Assembly (NCBI GenBank): GCA_010093745.1
Contig: MU005988.1
Coordinates: forward strand, 124,001-184,885
Origin: Piedraia hortae CBS 480.64
Taxonomy: Eukaryota
Direction of reading: 5' to 3'
DNA: 60,885 bases
Of this stretch, positions 1 through 12,681 are shown piece by piece. The notes beneath the pieces are model-generated. The model worked only from the letters and a program-made list of their open reading frames with translations. It did no database searches and was not told where the DNA came from. Within the stretch, counting starts at the first letter, position 1. Each line of letters starts with the position of its first letter. A program made the position numbers and the translations under genes.

Positions 1-235
1 GCTGCCGCTTGTCGAACGCCCGATCGGGCCTCGGTCTGAGGTGCGCGCAACCGCTGGTAGGGGGACAGTGTACAGTTACTGCCGCGCCTCCTGGCGGAAT
101 GCGCAGGTTAGTCGCTGAATAAGATGCGCGGAGACAGTGCTAGCAACCGCCGTGTTGCGCACGACGACGAGCGAGAGACGTGCTGGTCACCGGTCGCGAT
201 CGCGTGGCGGTGAGAGGTGATGCTGTTGGAAAATA

Positions 236-760
236 CTGGATGCGTTAGCACAGTCAAGCCAAGTGATTTAGCGACAAAAGCCAGAGGAGCGGAGCGGGCA
301 ATATACCTAAAGCCGAGCGTGCAGTGAGCGAGGCAGCGTGTACTTCCACGTCGAGAGCTGTGTGCAGCGGCGGAAGCCTGTGGCAGAAAAGGATGAGTGC
401 CAAGAAAAAAGCGTGGTTTGCTTCGGATCCCGAACCCGTGGGATTTCCCGGTAGCGCACGGAGCTCCCGCCAAAATTCTGCAAGAATGAGTGCGGCGGGG
501 TTCGATGTGAGTGAGCAGGCCTTGTCCGTCGGCGCAACAGGCGCGGTGGTCACCACTGGGCTGGCGGACGAGAGAGCGGTAGCAAGGAGAATGCAGCGAG
601 TTTGAGAGGGGTCGAGGGAGGGGGTTTGTGGTTGGAGGTTTTGTGTGGAGGTGGAGGAGAGAAAGTGCGGCGTCGGGGAAAGATTTGCGTCACTCGGCTT
701 TCTCCTTGAGGCCGCGCTAAAATTTTTAACGTCCGCACCCACCGCACACCCAACTATATA
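236..760 (-). promoter_or_regulatory. Probable promoter and 5' UTR (with intron 236-306) of a minus-strand gene whose CDS lies left of the window
   Basis: On the minus strand: TATATA at 755-760, then a CT-rich tract (~600-700), then donor GTATAT at 306 with branch/acceptor TGCTAACGCATCCAG ending at 236. No recognisable CDS. Confidence 0.35.
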
Positions 761-810
761 TGATGCTACATTACATTAACTCGTAACCCAACTAGTCTCG
801 TTAATCAAGA

Positions 811-2779
811 CTATTTAGCGTAGTCCCCTGCCGTGGTTGTTGTGTATTTGTCGTCGCGGCCCTCGGACGACACCCGAGTCGATCCCGCTGCCTCACCGCT
901 CCCATTCGGCTCGAAAATGTTCGAGTCAGCAGGTGCGAAGAGGGGGCCAGGGAAAGTTCTGTAGTCCATGGGTGCGTAAAAGGGCCCAATGAAATCTCTG
1001 TAGCGAATTGGGGCATACAGTGGACCGGTGGAAGCCCCGTAGTCAGCCGGTGCATGAACAAGCCTTCCATCCCACCGCCATTGAGCGAGTTTCGCCTGGA
1101 TTCTGGCCATCAACTTGACCGTCTTCGTGAGAGAGCGACCGTACTGAAAGGCAAGTAAGCAGAAGCAGCGCACCAGCACAGCTGCAATGAACTGCTGTGC
1201 CTCTAGGTCCTCGCCCTCTCCTGGTCCTGCTGCAGCGCCAGCTACTAGGCATATCCAGAGCAGCACGCCGGTGAGCTTTCCCCAGCAATCAGTCATATCG
1301 GTCCGTTTCAGTGCGTCTCGAATCTTAACATGTGCAGTAGTGTGTGCGTCTCCCTCGTCCTGCAACCGTATAAGTGCAGCCGCTCTCGAGAAGGGTACTT
1401 TGTTGGCCAGGGCATACGCATAGACGTTTGCTGCCAGACGAACAGCTTCGTAGGTGTAGCGCTCCCTAGGGTCTGAAAAGTCAAGGTCGTCGCATGGGGG
1501 AGCTGTGAAGATGTCATGAGAAATGGAGTCGATCTCTCCTTGCAAAGAAGAGCTCTCTGACGACGGGCTCAACTGCTGACAGAATGAGTTTGTGAGCCTC
1601 CGGCAATGCTCAAGTAGCTGGTAGAGCCGTCCACGCGGTTGCAGAGTCTTTGCAACAAGATCATACCCCGTAATTGGGTAGCAAAGGGGTGACTCGGGCA
1701 GCTGAGGCTCCAGTCTGAGAGTTTGGCAAACGCGTTGGGCATGTTGCATAACCTGACCGTCCGGGAAGTCTTCGAGCAAAGTTGCAATCATGAACACCAT
1801 GCTGGCGCCAGGTTAGTGTACGCGGGCTCAGAAACCGTTCCAGCCCACTTACCAAGTGGCGACCACGGCTATGGATCCATTGGCACCCAGACGCTGCAGT
1901 CCTCCCCTTTGCTGGATCAATTTGAGCAACCCGTTCCGATGCACCAGGATCGCACGTTCATCGCAGCTCATGATTTCCGATGCGAGAAGATGAATCACCG
2001 ATATTACTGTGGCGTCAGCTAATCGCAAACGTTCGTCGTCAAGACACTCCTGGATCATCCTGAGCACTTCACCTCTCACTAGCACCCTCTCGCGTGATTC
2101 GGTCCTAGGCGGCCAGCCAACAGTGCCGAATTCTCGACTCATAATGTCGTTGTGCGAGGTTGAAATGGTCAACGTACTGAGAAACGCGGGACGAGACGTA
2201 AGCAACGTAGGCACCCACATTTGGCCCATTGCTCTGCTGCCAAACTGCTGGCTACCTGGACACTGAGCGTCAGACCATGCTCTAGTCTCGGTTATGTTAC
2301 TCACAGATCCATTTCAATCGATCAACCGGAATAGACTGGTTGTCAAAGTCTGGCCACGAGTCAAATGGATTGATCGACCCCCTTGGCCTCATAAATATGC
2401 GAGGTATGTCACGGAGATTCTTTTCGAGGTAGCCAGAGATACGAGAGCGGCCGCTTACGCCCTCAACCAGTGTGGAGAGCTCTTGCTCTGGGCGTGAGAG
2501 CCTTGGTATAACTCTGCGTTCACGCTGGCCCTCGTCAGAGTCCTCAGCCTGCAATGTAGACCGGTCGGCAGATGTCTGCTCTTGCGAGGATGGCGAGGGT
2601 GCCGGGGCACTGGATGGATCGACTGAAACTGCCGGCAGAGGAGCAGTATATCTGGGCAACCTGCCAGTTGTGCGACTGGGCCGCTGGGATCTCCTGATAT
2701 AATTCCTCATCGCTTGTTGGCGGACTACCGTCCTTGTTCCCGGATCATCGGATTGACTGTCGACGAAAACATATTCCAT
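811..2779 (-). CDS. Fungal-specific transcription-factor-like protein, ~622 aa; exons 2779-2305, 2255-1853, 1801-811
   Basis: Three ORFs join in frame through canonical introns (GTGAGT..CAG; GTAAGT..CTAAC..CAG). The N-terminus (EYVFVD..VRQQAMRNY), GSINPFD and HRNGLLKLIQQRGGL are typical of the fungal-TF middle-homology-like family. No Zn2Cys6 cluster is visible. Confidence 0.7.
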
Positions 2780-3779
2780 TTCACGCTGGCAGGGTCTGGA
2801 ACTGTTTTTAGGAGAGCTGGTGTTTTGGCCTGATTGGGTTCAGCACTCTTGGTACGCTGGAGCGATGGATCCTACCCTTTCCCAGAGTTAGACACTGAAT
2901 AAAAGAAATTTGGGTTGATGTTGGGTCCTGCGGCGTCTTGCTGCGTTCAACAATGGGATTATGAGCCCACGCTTGTTGGCTCAACATGCTTGTTCAATGC
3001 CCTTTCAAGAAAGAAGGAATAGGCTGATTCGAGCAATGTGCATCGGTTATATATGGCTGGCAACGAGATGTAGGGTGCAAGAGGATTGGGAAAAGACGGG
3101 GAAACTTTCAAAGAGCGCTCGAGCTGAGAAAGTGGCACAGTAGCGATAGTTCCAAGAGAGGGATGTGGCAGGGTCGTGGGAGCGTTGGCGGTTAAACGAT
3201 AACGGTGGCCCATTCTACGGCGAAGGCGCTTGATCCCACAAGGCATCAGCAAGGCGCCCCTACCGCTCAGCCGCGGGCGCTTAAACTGGTTACTTCGCTG
3301 TATTGACTGTTCCATCTGTGTTTTGCAGCGCTCACTTGGCCTATTGACTCCGCACAAGGCTGCAGATCTGGGGCTAAAACGCCCAAACGATCCAGCGTGG
3401 CTGGCCGGTAACGCCCGTAACGGTTTCTTATCCTTCGGCCAGCCGGCTACGTAAACTGAGCTTGTCAAGGCAGTGAAATTTGTATGGTGACGAATCTCGG
3501 CATGCAAACGTAGCATTTCGCCCTGCCGAATCCTTACCGGTGATGGTAAGCCAGGGCATCGGTGGTGACCAACCAACAGATTTTTATGTCGATGAGGCTG
3601 GATGGTAGGTACCTGGGCCACGGGTTGCAGACGATCCCGCCCACCTATGAAGCCCACATCGGCTTTTGCACTGCCACTGTTCTGCACCCCAGACAATTAT
3701 TGTGAATGACGTCATGTACATGTCACACGGGGATGATGAGATGAGGTGATCGGCGACGGCCGAGGGCGAGTATGGTCCC

Positions 3780-6700
3780 TCAACCTAATGATCGAGAAGA
3801 CAGACCGCCGGCATTCCCGCTTTTTCTATTGCGCAACCTTGCAGCTACCAAAGCTTCAGAAAGTGTGCGTCCGCTCGGGTCGATGCCCGCGAGGAACCGA
3901 GCGAGTTCGGAGCACAGGTCCCATTGCTGGCTCTCGGAAGCTTGCGAAAACAGGCTTGCGAACTCATGTAGCTGGATTTCCTCCTCGAAAGAGTGTAGCA
4001 CTAGTAGATAGCCCGCGGCGGTCTTTAGCTTGCCCGCCGACATGGAGTCTTCAAACAACTGTCGCACCGGTGGTAGATATGAGAAGAGGGTTCTCCAACT
4101 GCGCAATTCCGTCTTGCGGGTGCAATTGACAATGATGTCCAGGTAGGCGGGGAACGAAGAGAGGAATGAGTTGACCGACGGTAGCAGGGCCGTCTCGGGC
4201 GGTGACGGCGGCCTATCAACCTCACTGTCTAGTACCTCGTGCAGCAAAACTTCGAGGGCGTGAGCAAAGTAGGGTAGATGCTGGTAGGAGCCAGCGAGAT
4301 GCAGGGCTGCCGGTGAGTTGTACTCTGACAGGTGGTGTCGAAGTAGCTGAGGCAAGAAGAGTTCAGTCCTCGCCTCCAGTCGGAAAAGGGAAAGGTTGAC
4401 ATCTTTGCGCCAGACAAGGTCGGCTTCGAGGCCATGTATGACACCTCTGGATATCAACGGCGCGACTGGGTAGAAATCCAAGGGCATCCTTACGGTTGGT
4501 GGGAGATCTCGCCCCAGCTCCACTGGGGCGCTGGCCAGCACATCCTGGACTTCAGGCCAAACGTGATATGCCTCACCGTCGAAGAACCACAGCGAATCGC
4601 GAAGGCTGTGCCCTATTGACTCTGGGAAACAGCTGATCAGGCTTGCCAGTATGGGCGGGCCTTTGAGGGCGGCAACGGCAGCTGGCTGATCGCGCATGAA
4701 AATATAGTGTTCAACATCGTGTGCTATGACCCGCATATTGTACTTGAGCTCGTCGTGTTCGTTTGTGCTTGGCTGCAGCAGAACGAGCTTACCATCGACA
4801 AGAAACAGCACCGATGCTTTTGCTACATCGTGGGATGGATCACCATGCTCCAGCTGGGCTTCGGGCAGGATCCAGCTGATTGCTCGCACACGGGGCGGTG
4901 CACGAACAATGCCATGGAAGCCGATCTGGCCGACTTGGACGAGTCTGACAGACTGGTCGTTCCTAACGATAATATAGTGTAAGAGCAGGTTATCATGGGT
5001 ATATACCAATAACGATTCCGTGCCAGACGTCGTTGTCAAAATGGCCGGAGCAGGGAGACGTTCTGTATGCACGGGGCGTTCGAGAGGTTTGTCGCGCACA
5101 AAGACTCGTAGCTGATATCGACCTCTGCATTCAACGGCCGCAAACAAGAGGTTATGGTGCCAGCACATGCCGCCTCGCACAGCAAAGCTTTGTTCAGCGT
5201 CCGGGTCATCGAACTGCTTCCAACGGCCACTCGCCACACTGTAATGGGCAATGCCGCGCCTGCCAGCTACCGCAATGTAGTTGGCGTTGGCGGAGATGGC
5301 AGCCAACTTGATGGGCCAGCAGGTGACGAGATAGCTGTTGGGAACCTGGATCGTCTGCCATAGAGGTGCATCTGCGGCAACCGAGGTCAGATCCAGCCCA
5401 TCATGCCCCCTATAAACCACGACAGCATCACTAGAATGGAGCAACCCCTGAGAAACGTTTGCAGGGAGAAGGTTGGCAACGCACGCATTGCGGGCCATTT
5501 CAAGCACCCACAAGAAATCGGCGCCAGGTGGCAAGATGAGTAACTCACAGCCGCCCGCCATCCACAGGGCGTTCGAAACACCATTGAGATATCGCTCACT
5601 GTTGGGCTCGGCGATGTTGTGGCCATCCGCTGAGGTCGCTCCCAGCTTCCCATAGACGCTCCAAAGCGCCCAGCCATGTTCAAAACCTGAGAACAAGCAG
5701 TGCCCGTCCGGTGAGTAGCTGAGATGGGTTACGGACCCGAAATGAGATGCCGATGGCGGCAGCGTCAGCGAGCGTGACAGTGGAATATTTCCAGTGTAAT
5801 CCTTTACAGTATACAATTCAATGGTATTGTTTGCACAGGCAATGGCAATGAGCGAGAAACGTGCGTTGATGGCAACTTTGACCGCTCCCGCGCCGCCCAC
5901 GGTAGGGTTTTTGAAACAAAAGCCTTGAATATTGCCGACAGCCATGTCAGAAGGGGAGCGAGGCGATTGTTTTTGTCGCTGAACGGCAAACGCCCGACCA
6001 TCGCCGGTAAGCCAGCAGGACAGGTTCATTGGCTTGTCGTGAGTCATTTCTGTGACGGGTTCAGCAGATTGTAGCCAGGAAAGGTTATCCAACGTCTCCA
6101 TGGGTACTTGAGGAGAGTTGAGTCCAGCTGCCCACGGAATGCATCGTATATTGGTAGGGTTTGCACAAGAGATGATTAACCCATCATCTAGAGCGATGGC
6201 CTTGGTAATCTCGTTGCCGATGCGAACGACGGCACCAAACTGCATAACGAAGTTCCTGATTCCATCCTGCTCACCGGGACCCGACCCTGGGTTTGCCGTT
6301 TCCGGTCTTCTGAAAGAAGAGTAGTTTGAGCTGTCCTTTCTCAAGTGTTTTGCGGTGAACGGTGACAACTGGGGGTGATAGACACGGACCTGACCATCCG
6401 CTTCCAGGGTGTAAGTGATGAGGTAGCCAAGTGCAGTTTGCACCATGATCGTGCGGCCGTCTGGGCGCAGCAACAGGGCTGAACTGGGCCCGTGAACGTT
6501 CAACGATCGCTTGGACCGCACAACAGCCGCAAGGGCTACAGTCGGTTTGGTCTGCCATACAGCGAGGGTAGATCTGGTCGTGGTTGCAAACATGTTTCCA
6601 CCACGCCAGATTTCTACAGCAACGACAACGTTTGAATCGTCATCTCTGGTGGCCTGGCTGGCCTCTGCTTCGACCGGGGAGCTTCTCACGCTTTCCCCGG

Positions 6701-6821
6701 GTGAATCATGGCGGAGTTGGGCTACCTCTGGCTCGGAGCCGAGCTCATCATCGCCAGTCGGAGCGGCTACGACATGCTTCGTCAAGGCGAAGATGTCGGC
6801 TGCTCCTATGGGCCAGTACAT
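3780..6821 (-). CDS. RIC1: RIC1, Ypt6/Rab6 GEF subunit (WD-like N-terminus plus RIC1 domain), 1013 aa
   Basis: Intronless ORF with MYWPIG start, YIAVAGRRGIAHYS, CTRKTELRSWRTLF and WDLCSELARFL motifs. Confidence 0.92.
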   Translation of the reverse strand: MYWPIGAADIFALTKHVVAAPTGDDELGSEPEVAQLRHDSPGESVRSSPVEAEASQATRDDDSNVVVAVEIWRGGNMFATTTRSTLAVWQTKPTVALAAVVRSKRSLNVHGPSSALLLRPDGRTIMVQTALGYLITYTLEADGQVRVYHPQLSPFTAKHLRKDSSNYSSFRRPETANPGSGPGEQDGIRNFVMQFGAVVRIGNEITKAIALDDGLIISCANPTNIRCIPWAAGLNSPQVPMETLDNLSWLQSAEPVTEMTHDKPMNLSCWLTGDGRAFAVQRQKQSPRSPSDMAVGNIQGFCFKNPTVGGAGAVKVAINARFSLIAIACANNTIELYTVKDYTGNIPLSRSLTLPPSASHFGSVTHLSYSPDGHCLFSGFEHGWALWSVYGKLGATSADGHNIAEPNSERYLNGVSNALWMAGGCELLILPPGADFLWVLEMARNACVANLLPANVSQGLLHSSDAVVVYRGHDGLDLTSVAADAPLWQTIQVPNSYLVTCWPIKLAAISANANYIAVAGRRGIAHYSVASGRWKQFDDPDAEQSFAVRGGMCWHHNLLFAAVECRGRYQLRVFVRDKPLERPVHTERLPAPAILTTTSGTESLLVYTHDNLLLHYIIVRNDQSVRLVQVGQIGFHGIVRAPPRVRAISWILPEAQLEHGDPSHDVAKASVLFLVDGKLVLLQPSTNEHDELKYNMRVIAHDVEHYIFMRDQPAAVAALKGPPILASLISCFPESIGHSLRDSLWFFDGEAYHVWPEVQDVLASAPVELGRDLPPTVRMPLDFYPVAPLISRGVIHGLEADLVWRKDVNLSLFRLEARTELFLPQLLRHHLSEYNSPAALHLAGSYQHLPYFAHALEVLLHEVLDSEVDRPPSPPETALLPSVNSFLSSFPAYLDIIVNCTRKTELRSWRTLFSYLPPVRQLFEDSMSAGKLKTAAGYLLVLHSFEEEIQLHEFASLFSQASESQQWDLCSELARFLAGIDPSGRTLSEALVAARLRNRKSGNAGGLSSRSLG

Positions 6822-7073
6822 GGCCGTTTATGGATCAATGGATTACGGCGTCTACACGGCACTCTTACATGGCAGCCGTCTATGTCTTAACGGCGCCCAT
6901 GGGGGCGATTGTCGTTCATCTGGCACTCTATCTGTTGGAGTGATGTCTCTGGTGGGTCGGCCCTTTCCGCCCGGCCCGTCCCGCTAGCTGCTGGGAGCCA
7001 CCGGGGAAGGTGTTCGACGCACGCAACGTCAACAATACCCTGATCCTGGGCCTATAGACGCGTAAAGGGTGAA

Positions 7074-8157
7074 ATGAACGAGTTTGCCAGCGATACCGAT
7101 AGCGACTACACGAGCTACTGGCGAGACTGGGTAGGTGATATTGTAATCGGGTTCTCTTGCGGGGAACGAATATTTGGGAGCTGCAGTGGCACCGGAAAGG
7201 GTGAATGGCGATCGTATGGCCATTGGGAAGTCGCACACAAGCAACTCCATACCCTGAAGCGGTATGCAGACCAAAGTGTATCCCTTGCTGGTAGCCATCT
7301 CCGCCGCCCGTGAAGTGCACGCAGGATTTCATAGACGCTGGCTGACACGTTGCTCAGTTTATATCTTCAAGGGGAAACGAATATTTTTGTGAGGTTGATG
7401 AGGACTATCTAACGGATCGCTTCAACCTTACAGGCCTCAATGCCGACGTTCAGTACTATCAATATGCCCTGGACTTGGTGACAGACGTGTTCGACATGGA
7501 CGTTGAGGACGACATGCGAGAACAGATTGAGAGGAGCGCCCGGCACCTCTATGGACTGGTGCATGCCCGTTACATTGTAACCACGCGGGGCTTGGCCAAG
7601 ATGGTAAGTTTCTGAACCTGTATCACAGCCTTCAACGAGACTTATGTCGCTTCTAGATGGAGAAACACAAGCAAGGGGTGTTTGGGAAATGTCCCCGGGT
7701 GATTTGCGACTCTCAGTACCTGCTCCCCATGGGTCAGCATGATGTTGCAGGCGTATCCAATGTCAAGCTGTACTGCGCAAAGTGCGAGGACATCTACAAC
7801 CCAAAGTCGACACGGCACAACTCCATAGACGGGGCATACTTTGGCTCCAGCTTCCATAACGTTCTCCTGCAGGTCTATCCAGCACTGGTGCCGCCAAAGT
7901 CTGTGCGGAGATACGAGCCGCGAATCTTTGGCTTCCGCGTGCACGCCTACGCAACACTGACACGGTGGCAGGAAGAGCGTCTGAGAGAAGCGAAGACACG
8001 CCTTCAACTAGAGGGCGTGGAGACGGGGTTCGAGCAGGAAGAGGAAGACGACGAGATTGAGAGCATTGAGGAAGACGGCTATGAACAGGCCAATGGCGTC
8101 GACGGCATGGATGCCATCGACGACATGTTTGAAGGCAAAGCACGACCGAAGCGTTAA
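7074..8157 (+). CDS. CKB2: Casein kinase II regulatory subunit beta (beta-2 type); exons 7074-7130, 7358-7603, 7657-8157
   Basis: Spliced product reads SDYTSYWRDW/FISSRGNEYFCEVDEDYLTDRFNLTGL; zinc finger CPRVIC...YCAKC; IDGAYFG motif. Confidence 0.95.
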
Positions 8158-8278
8158 TATCTTTTATGGGAAACCGCACATCAACGTCATACGCGACTTC
8201 TCTACCGGTTCCGTATTGTTTTCCGACTAATAGGCCATGTTGTGAGAGGACTGTTGACGACAGCTGCAGATTCAAAGT

Positions 8279-9339
8279 CTACGACATGGTCCCAGCACGA
8301 CCAGCCTGTATAATTTCCCCAGTGTGAGCGTCATCCGCACGCAAGACTGGCCAGCCGCCTCCGGTCGCTTTGGTCAGTGTGAGTTCCATTTTTGTGCCCA
8401 TAATCGTCGCCGAGCTTTTCTCCGGGTCAATCGGTCGGTAAGTGGTCATAACGGTGCAGTAACTCTTTCGGTCATCGGTGTGCAAGTCGAGAGCCACGTT
8501 TTGCTCATCCCGAAATTCGATTGTCGACCTTTCCTTGTCAATCTTCTTTATGTAGAAGCTCGCAATGACGGTGGTCGCTGTTTGGTAGAAGTCGGTCCTC
8601 ACATCCCGCAGCGACTCTTCGACATCAGCTGACTGTTGTTTCCCAACAAAGAGGTGTGCATTCTTGGTCTTACAGCCAGCAATCTTGAGAAACTCGTCAA
8701 ATTCCAACACACGCCGCTTGCAACATGTCCACCCTTTGCTTCCCTCGTGAAAAATGGCATGGCCTGGATGGTGCACGCACTTTTCACCTACACGGCTTAC
8801 GTTGCCCTCGTATTTTGCCTCGCAGCCTCGGCGCTTGCAAGTTGCCCCTGACGGGACTGGTGCATTGGCATCGTCTTCTTCATCTTCATCGGCTGGAGCG
8901 GGCTTTGGCTCGGCTAACGGTGCGGTCGCAATGGGCTGTCTACCAATGGGAACTTGTTGAAGTTGCTCCTGCGCAACTTCAATCTTGGCATCAACATCCT
9001 CGGTACTTGGCTTAGCTTCTTGCGCAGGACTATCGTCCACCGTACTATGCTTGCCAACTGTACATGGTGCTATGTTCATGAACTCGTCAAACGTTAAGAC
9101 ACGGGGCTTGCAGCATTTCCAGCCTGTGAGAAGAAGCTTTGTTTACAGTCTGAAAAATTTTCACTTGAACGTACCAACCTTTATGTCCCTCATGGAATAC
9201 GGGCGGTCCAGCTGCGCCTGTCAGACTTTGACTTTCGACAATCGTTGTTCTTGGAACATTGCTTACGATGATAGATACATTCTTCTTCCGAGTTGGCAAA
9301 GGTTTTGCCGCAGCCTATGTGTACACATTTTTGTGCCAT
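8279..9339 (-). CDS. CHORD- and CS-domain Hsp90 co-chaperone; exons 9339-9267, 9211-9179, 9123-8279
   Basis: Two CHORD repeats ([28 protein letters not shown] and CKRRGC..CVHHPGHAIFHEGSKGWTCC) followed by a CS domain (RTDFYQT..GTKMELTL). Introns restore the frame. Confidence 0.92.
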
Positions 9340-9684
9340 TCTAGACTTCAGACTTGTAATAGTGTCTAGGCAAGAACGTGGTGAACTTCTTATCCCTATT
9401 TCGTTAGCATCACGTGCCCCCACGTGCTCTGCTCTCGAAATGTGGTTGAAATGTTCTACAAACGCTGGTGCGTGCGCTGTATGCTGCTATAAATAGCTAT
9501 CAAAGTCATCCACCGACTCGACTGGGCACGTTGAACATGTAAAATGCAGACACGCAGCTGGAAAACTACATACGTTGACCACTCGTTCTACCGTCCATGG
9601 AAAGCAAGTTACTCGGAGTGCGACTGAGCGCGGAACAGTTCCGTGCAATGACTGCACACGGTTCATTCACGCCTTTTGCCTCTA

Positions 9685-10044
9685 ATGGTTGTGCAAAATC
9701 CACTGAGACTGACGCTCTTTACACGGGCAAGCTGCTCCCTCTGCGTTACTGCTCATGAAGTCATCTCCCGCGTGGCGAAGAGAAGGACATTTCGATACGA
9801 AGAGCTCAATGTCATGGCGCCTGACCAGAGACGGTGGAGGATCTTGTATCAAAACGAAACTCCCGTGGTATGCGTAAATTTGTTTTTCACGTTTTGGATG
9901 TAAAAATTGACAGGTTACTAGTTGCATATTGATCCACATACTGTGCGGAAGACGACCCCCGCTGCCCGCAAATTAATGCACAGGTTTACCGAGGACGAAC
10001 TCGAAAAGGTCATGGACGAAGTCGAGGCTGCGAACCGAGCCTGA
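9685..10044 (+). CDS. Glutaredoxin-like protein (DUF836 / YDR286C-like); exons 9685-9867, 9922-10044
   Basis: LTLFTRASCSLC (CxxC); after an intron GTATGC..TAG the frame continues ETPV/LHID..KLMHRFTEDEL. Confidence 0.85.
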
Positions 10045-10081
10045 CGCCTCCACACCTTGTATACTTCTCTTTTATTCATCG

Positions 10082-10931
<850 letters not shown>

Positions 10932-11088
10932 GGTGGGAGATTCTATCAATCCGCACTGCAGATTATACTGGACCCCAGAGGTATTAGTGTTGCGCTAGTC
11001 TGACTAGTGCGAACTTAATGTCCACCTCGCCCTCCTTACAACAACGGCAAATGGGTGCGTGAGAGAGGTCAAGCAAGGTTCTGCAGGC

Positions 11089-12243
11089 ATGGCTCCGGTA
11101 GTTCAATCTTGTTCGATCAAAAAGTCTGACTTGGGACGTTTCTTTAAGTCGGTGCGTCCCACTGTGTATTCTGAGTCGTCCCCGCGGTCGTCCACCACGT
11201 CCTCCAACGCTGTCAGTCCATCATGGTCCGCAACTGGTGCGTCTTTGGCCACCTGCTCCGGCATATCAATACGTATCTGGAACCCTGAGAGGGCGGGCGC
11301 TCGGAATAGCAGCACGGAGCTGCGCAATGCTCATCCCCGGGGTGGTGTTGAATACGGCAGCATTGGAATCCCTGGCGAAATGGTCGATGCTGTCAGTTTC
11401 TGTCCCACGCGTGAGAATGTTTTGGCGAGCACGGGGGCCGATAACATGGTCCGGGTGTGGGACGTTCGCTTACCCAGCAGTAGTGCCGCTGTATTGGGCG
11501 GCAAATCCTCGTCTTTGGGAGGTGGTCCATGCGGAGGCACATCACGGCCAGCATCGTTGGCCTGGAGTCCCGATGGTAATCAGCTGCTCGTTTGTGCACG
11601 GAAGGGATCGTCCATTGCCGGGTTGGAACTGCGCTGTGTGCGTCCCGGGGAGACACCACCGGGCCTGGAAGTCCTTCACAGCAAGCTTTCGTTGGAAAAG
11701 AACTCTGGCGGCGAACCATTGGACTACATGAGCATCTCTTTCAGCAACAGTGGCGCTGAGCTCTTTGCGCCAACCGCCGCTGGCCCTGTTGCTCTTTTAG
11801 ACTGGCCCAGCGGTAAAAGCTTCCGCATGCTACGCGGTCTTTCGGGCCCATCGCTTGCCGCAGTGCATTCACCGCTCGGCGGGAGTATTGCCGTTGGCTG
11901 TCAAGATTCCATAATCGCCCTATGGGACACAAGAACCTTTTTCTGTGTGCTCACCATGCAAACACCCCTGGGTGGATCGGCTCCTGCAGGGAACCTGTCC
12001 TATTCCTTTGATGGGCAGTATCTCTGCAGTGGAAGTGCTAGCTGCAACACGGGTATCGTGCCTCCTGCAGCTGCGAAGAAGGATTCAGGCGCCCTCAATA
12101 TTTACTGGGCCGAAAGCGGTGAAATCATCTACACGGTCGAAACGCAATCCATACCCACCCATGTTGCATGGCATCCGAATCAACATCTGGTCGCTTACAC
12201 CAGTGACTCCGGCTTGCGTACATTTGGGCTCGGTGTGCTTTAA
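11089..12243 (+). CDS. WD40 protein, probable divergent THO/TREX subunit THOC3/Tex1
   Basis: WD repeats; IRIWNPER..STELRNAH, LSYSFDGQYL and HVAWHP fit fungal THOC3 architecture. First ATG is at 11089. Confidence 0.7.
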   Translation: MAPVVQSCSIKKSDLGRFFKSVRPTVYSESSPRSSTTSSNAVSPSWSATGASLATCSGISIRIWNPERAGARNSSTELRNAHPRGGVEYGSIGIPGEMVDAVSFCPTRENVLASTGADNMVRVWDVRLPSSSAAVLGGKSSSLGGGPCGGTSRPASLAWSPDGNQLLVCARKGSSIAGLELRCVRPGETPPGLEVLHSKLSLEKNSGGEPLDYMSISFSNSGAELFAPTAAGPVALLDWPSGKSFRMLRGLSGPSLAAVHSPLGGSIAVGCQDSIIALWDTRTFFCVLTMQTPLGGSAPAGNLSYSFDGQYLCSGSASCNTGIVPPAAAKKDSGALNIYWAESGEIIYTVETQSIPTHVAWHPNQHLVAYTSDSGLRTFGLGVL

Positions 12244-12681
12244 ATGATGGTCGGTTGATTCACATATGCAATCAACCACACAATAGGTTAGGACGACACA
12301 AGCTGACTCTGGGTGCCGACAATCGAACGTATTCCCCAAGCATTTACGCATCCTACTGCCCTTGGAAAGGGAACACTGGGCTAACATAAGCAAAAATTAG
12401 AAGCATGACTATATAGTCCGATGCGGGCCCACAAGCTTCCAATTGACAGAGAATTGGAATCACTTAGAGGGACATCTGCTTGGTGCAATCCGTTTTGATT
12501 GTCGGGTTCTGCGTGAGGCACGTCAAACATGTGCATAACGAGATGCATCATTTGAAGTTTCAGAGCTATGGAGGGGGTGCCAGAAAGGTCGAGTGTTGTG
12601 CCTCAGAGCAACTTCGAGCACAGTGCTTTTACATTGAGTTTTGAAAATAGCATCTAAACTCCGATTTTGGCGCAAGAGCAT

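Noticed and set aside
2959..3696. 245-aa minus-strand ORF
   Set aside because: Non-ATG start, no recognisable domain and low-information composition; more likely promoter or UTR sequence.
9124..9178. Stwintron at the GTTGGTACGT double donor of the CHORD gene
   Set aside because: A single 55-nt intron using GTTGGT restores the frame, and there is no room for a nested intron.
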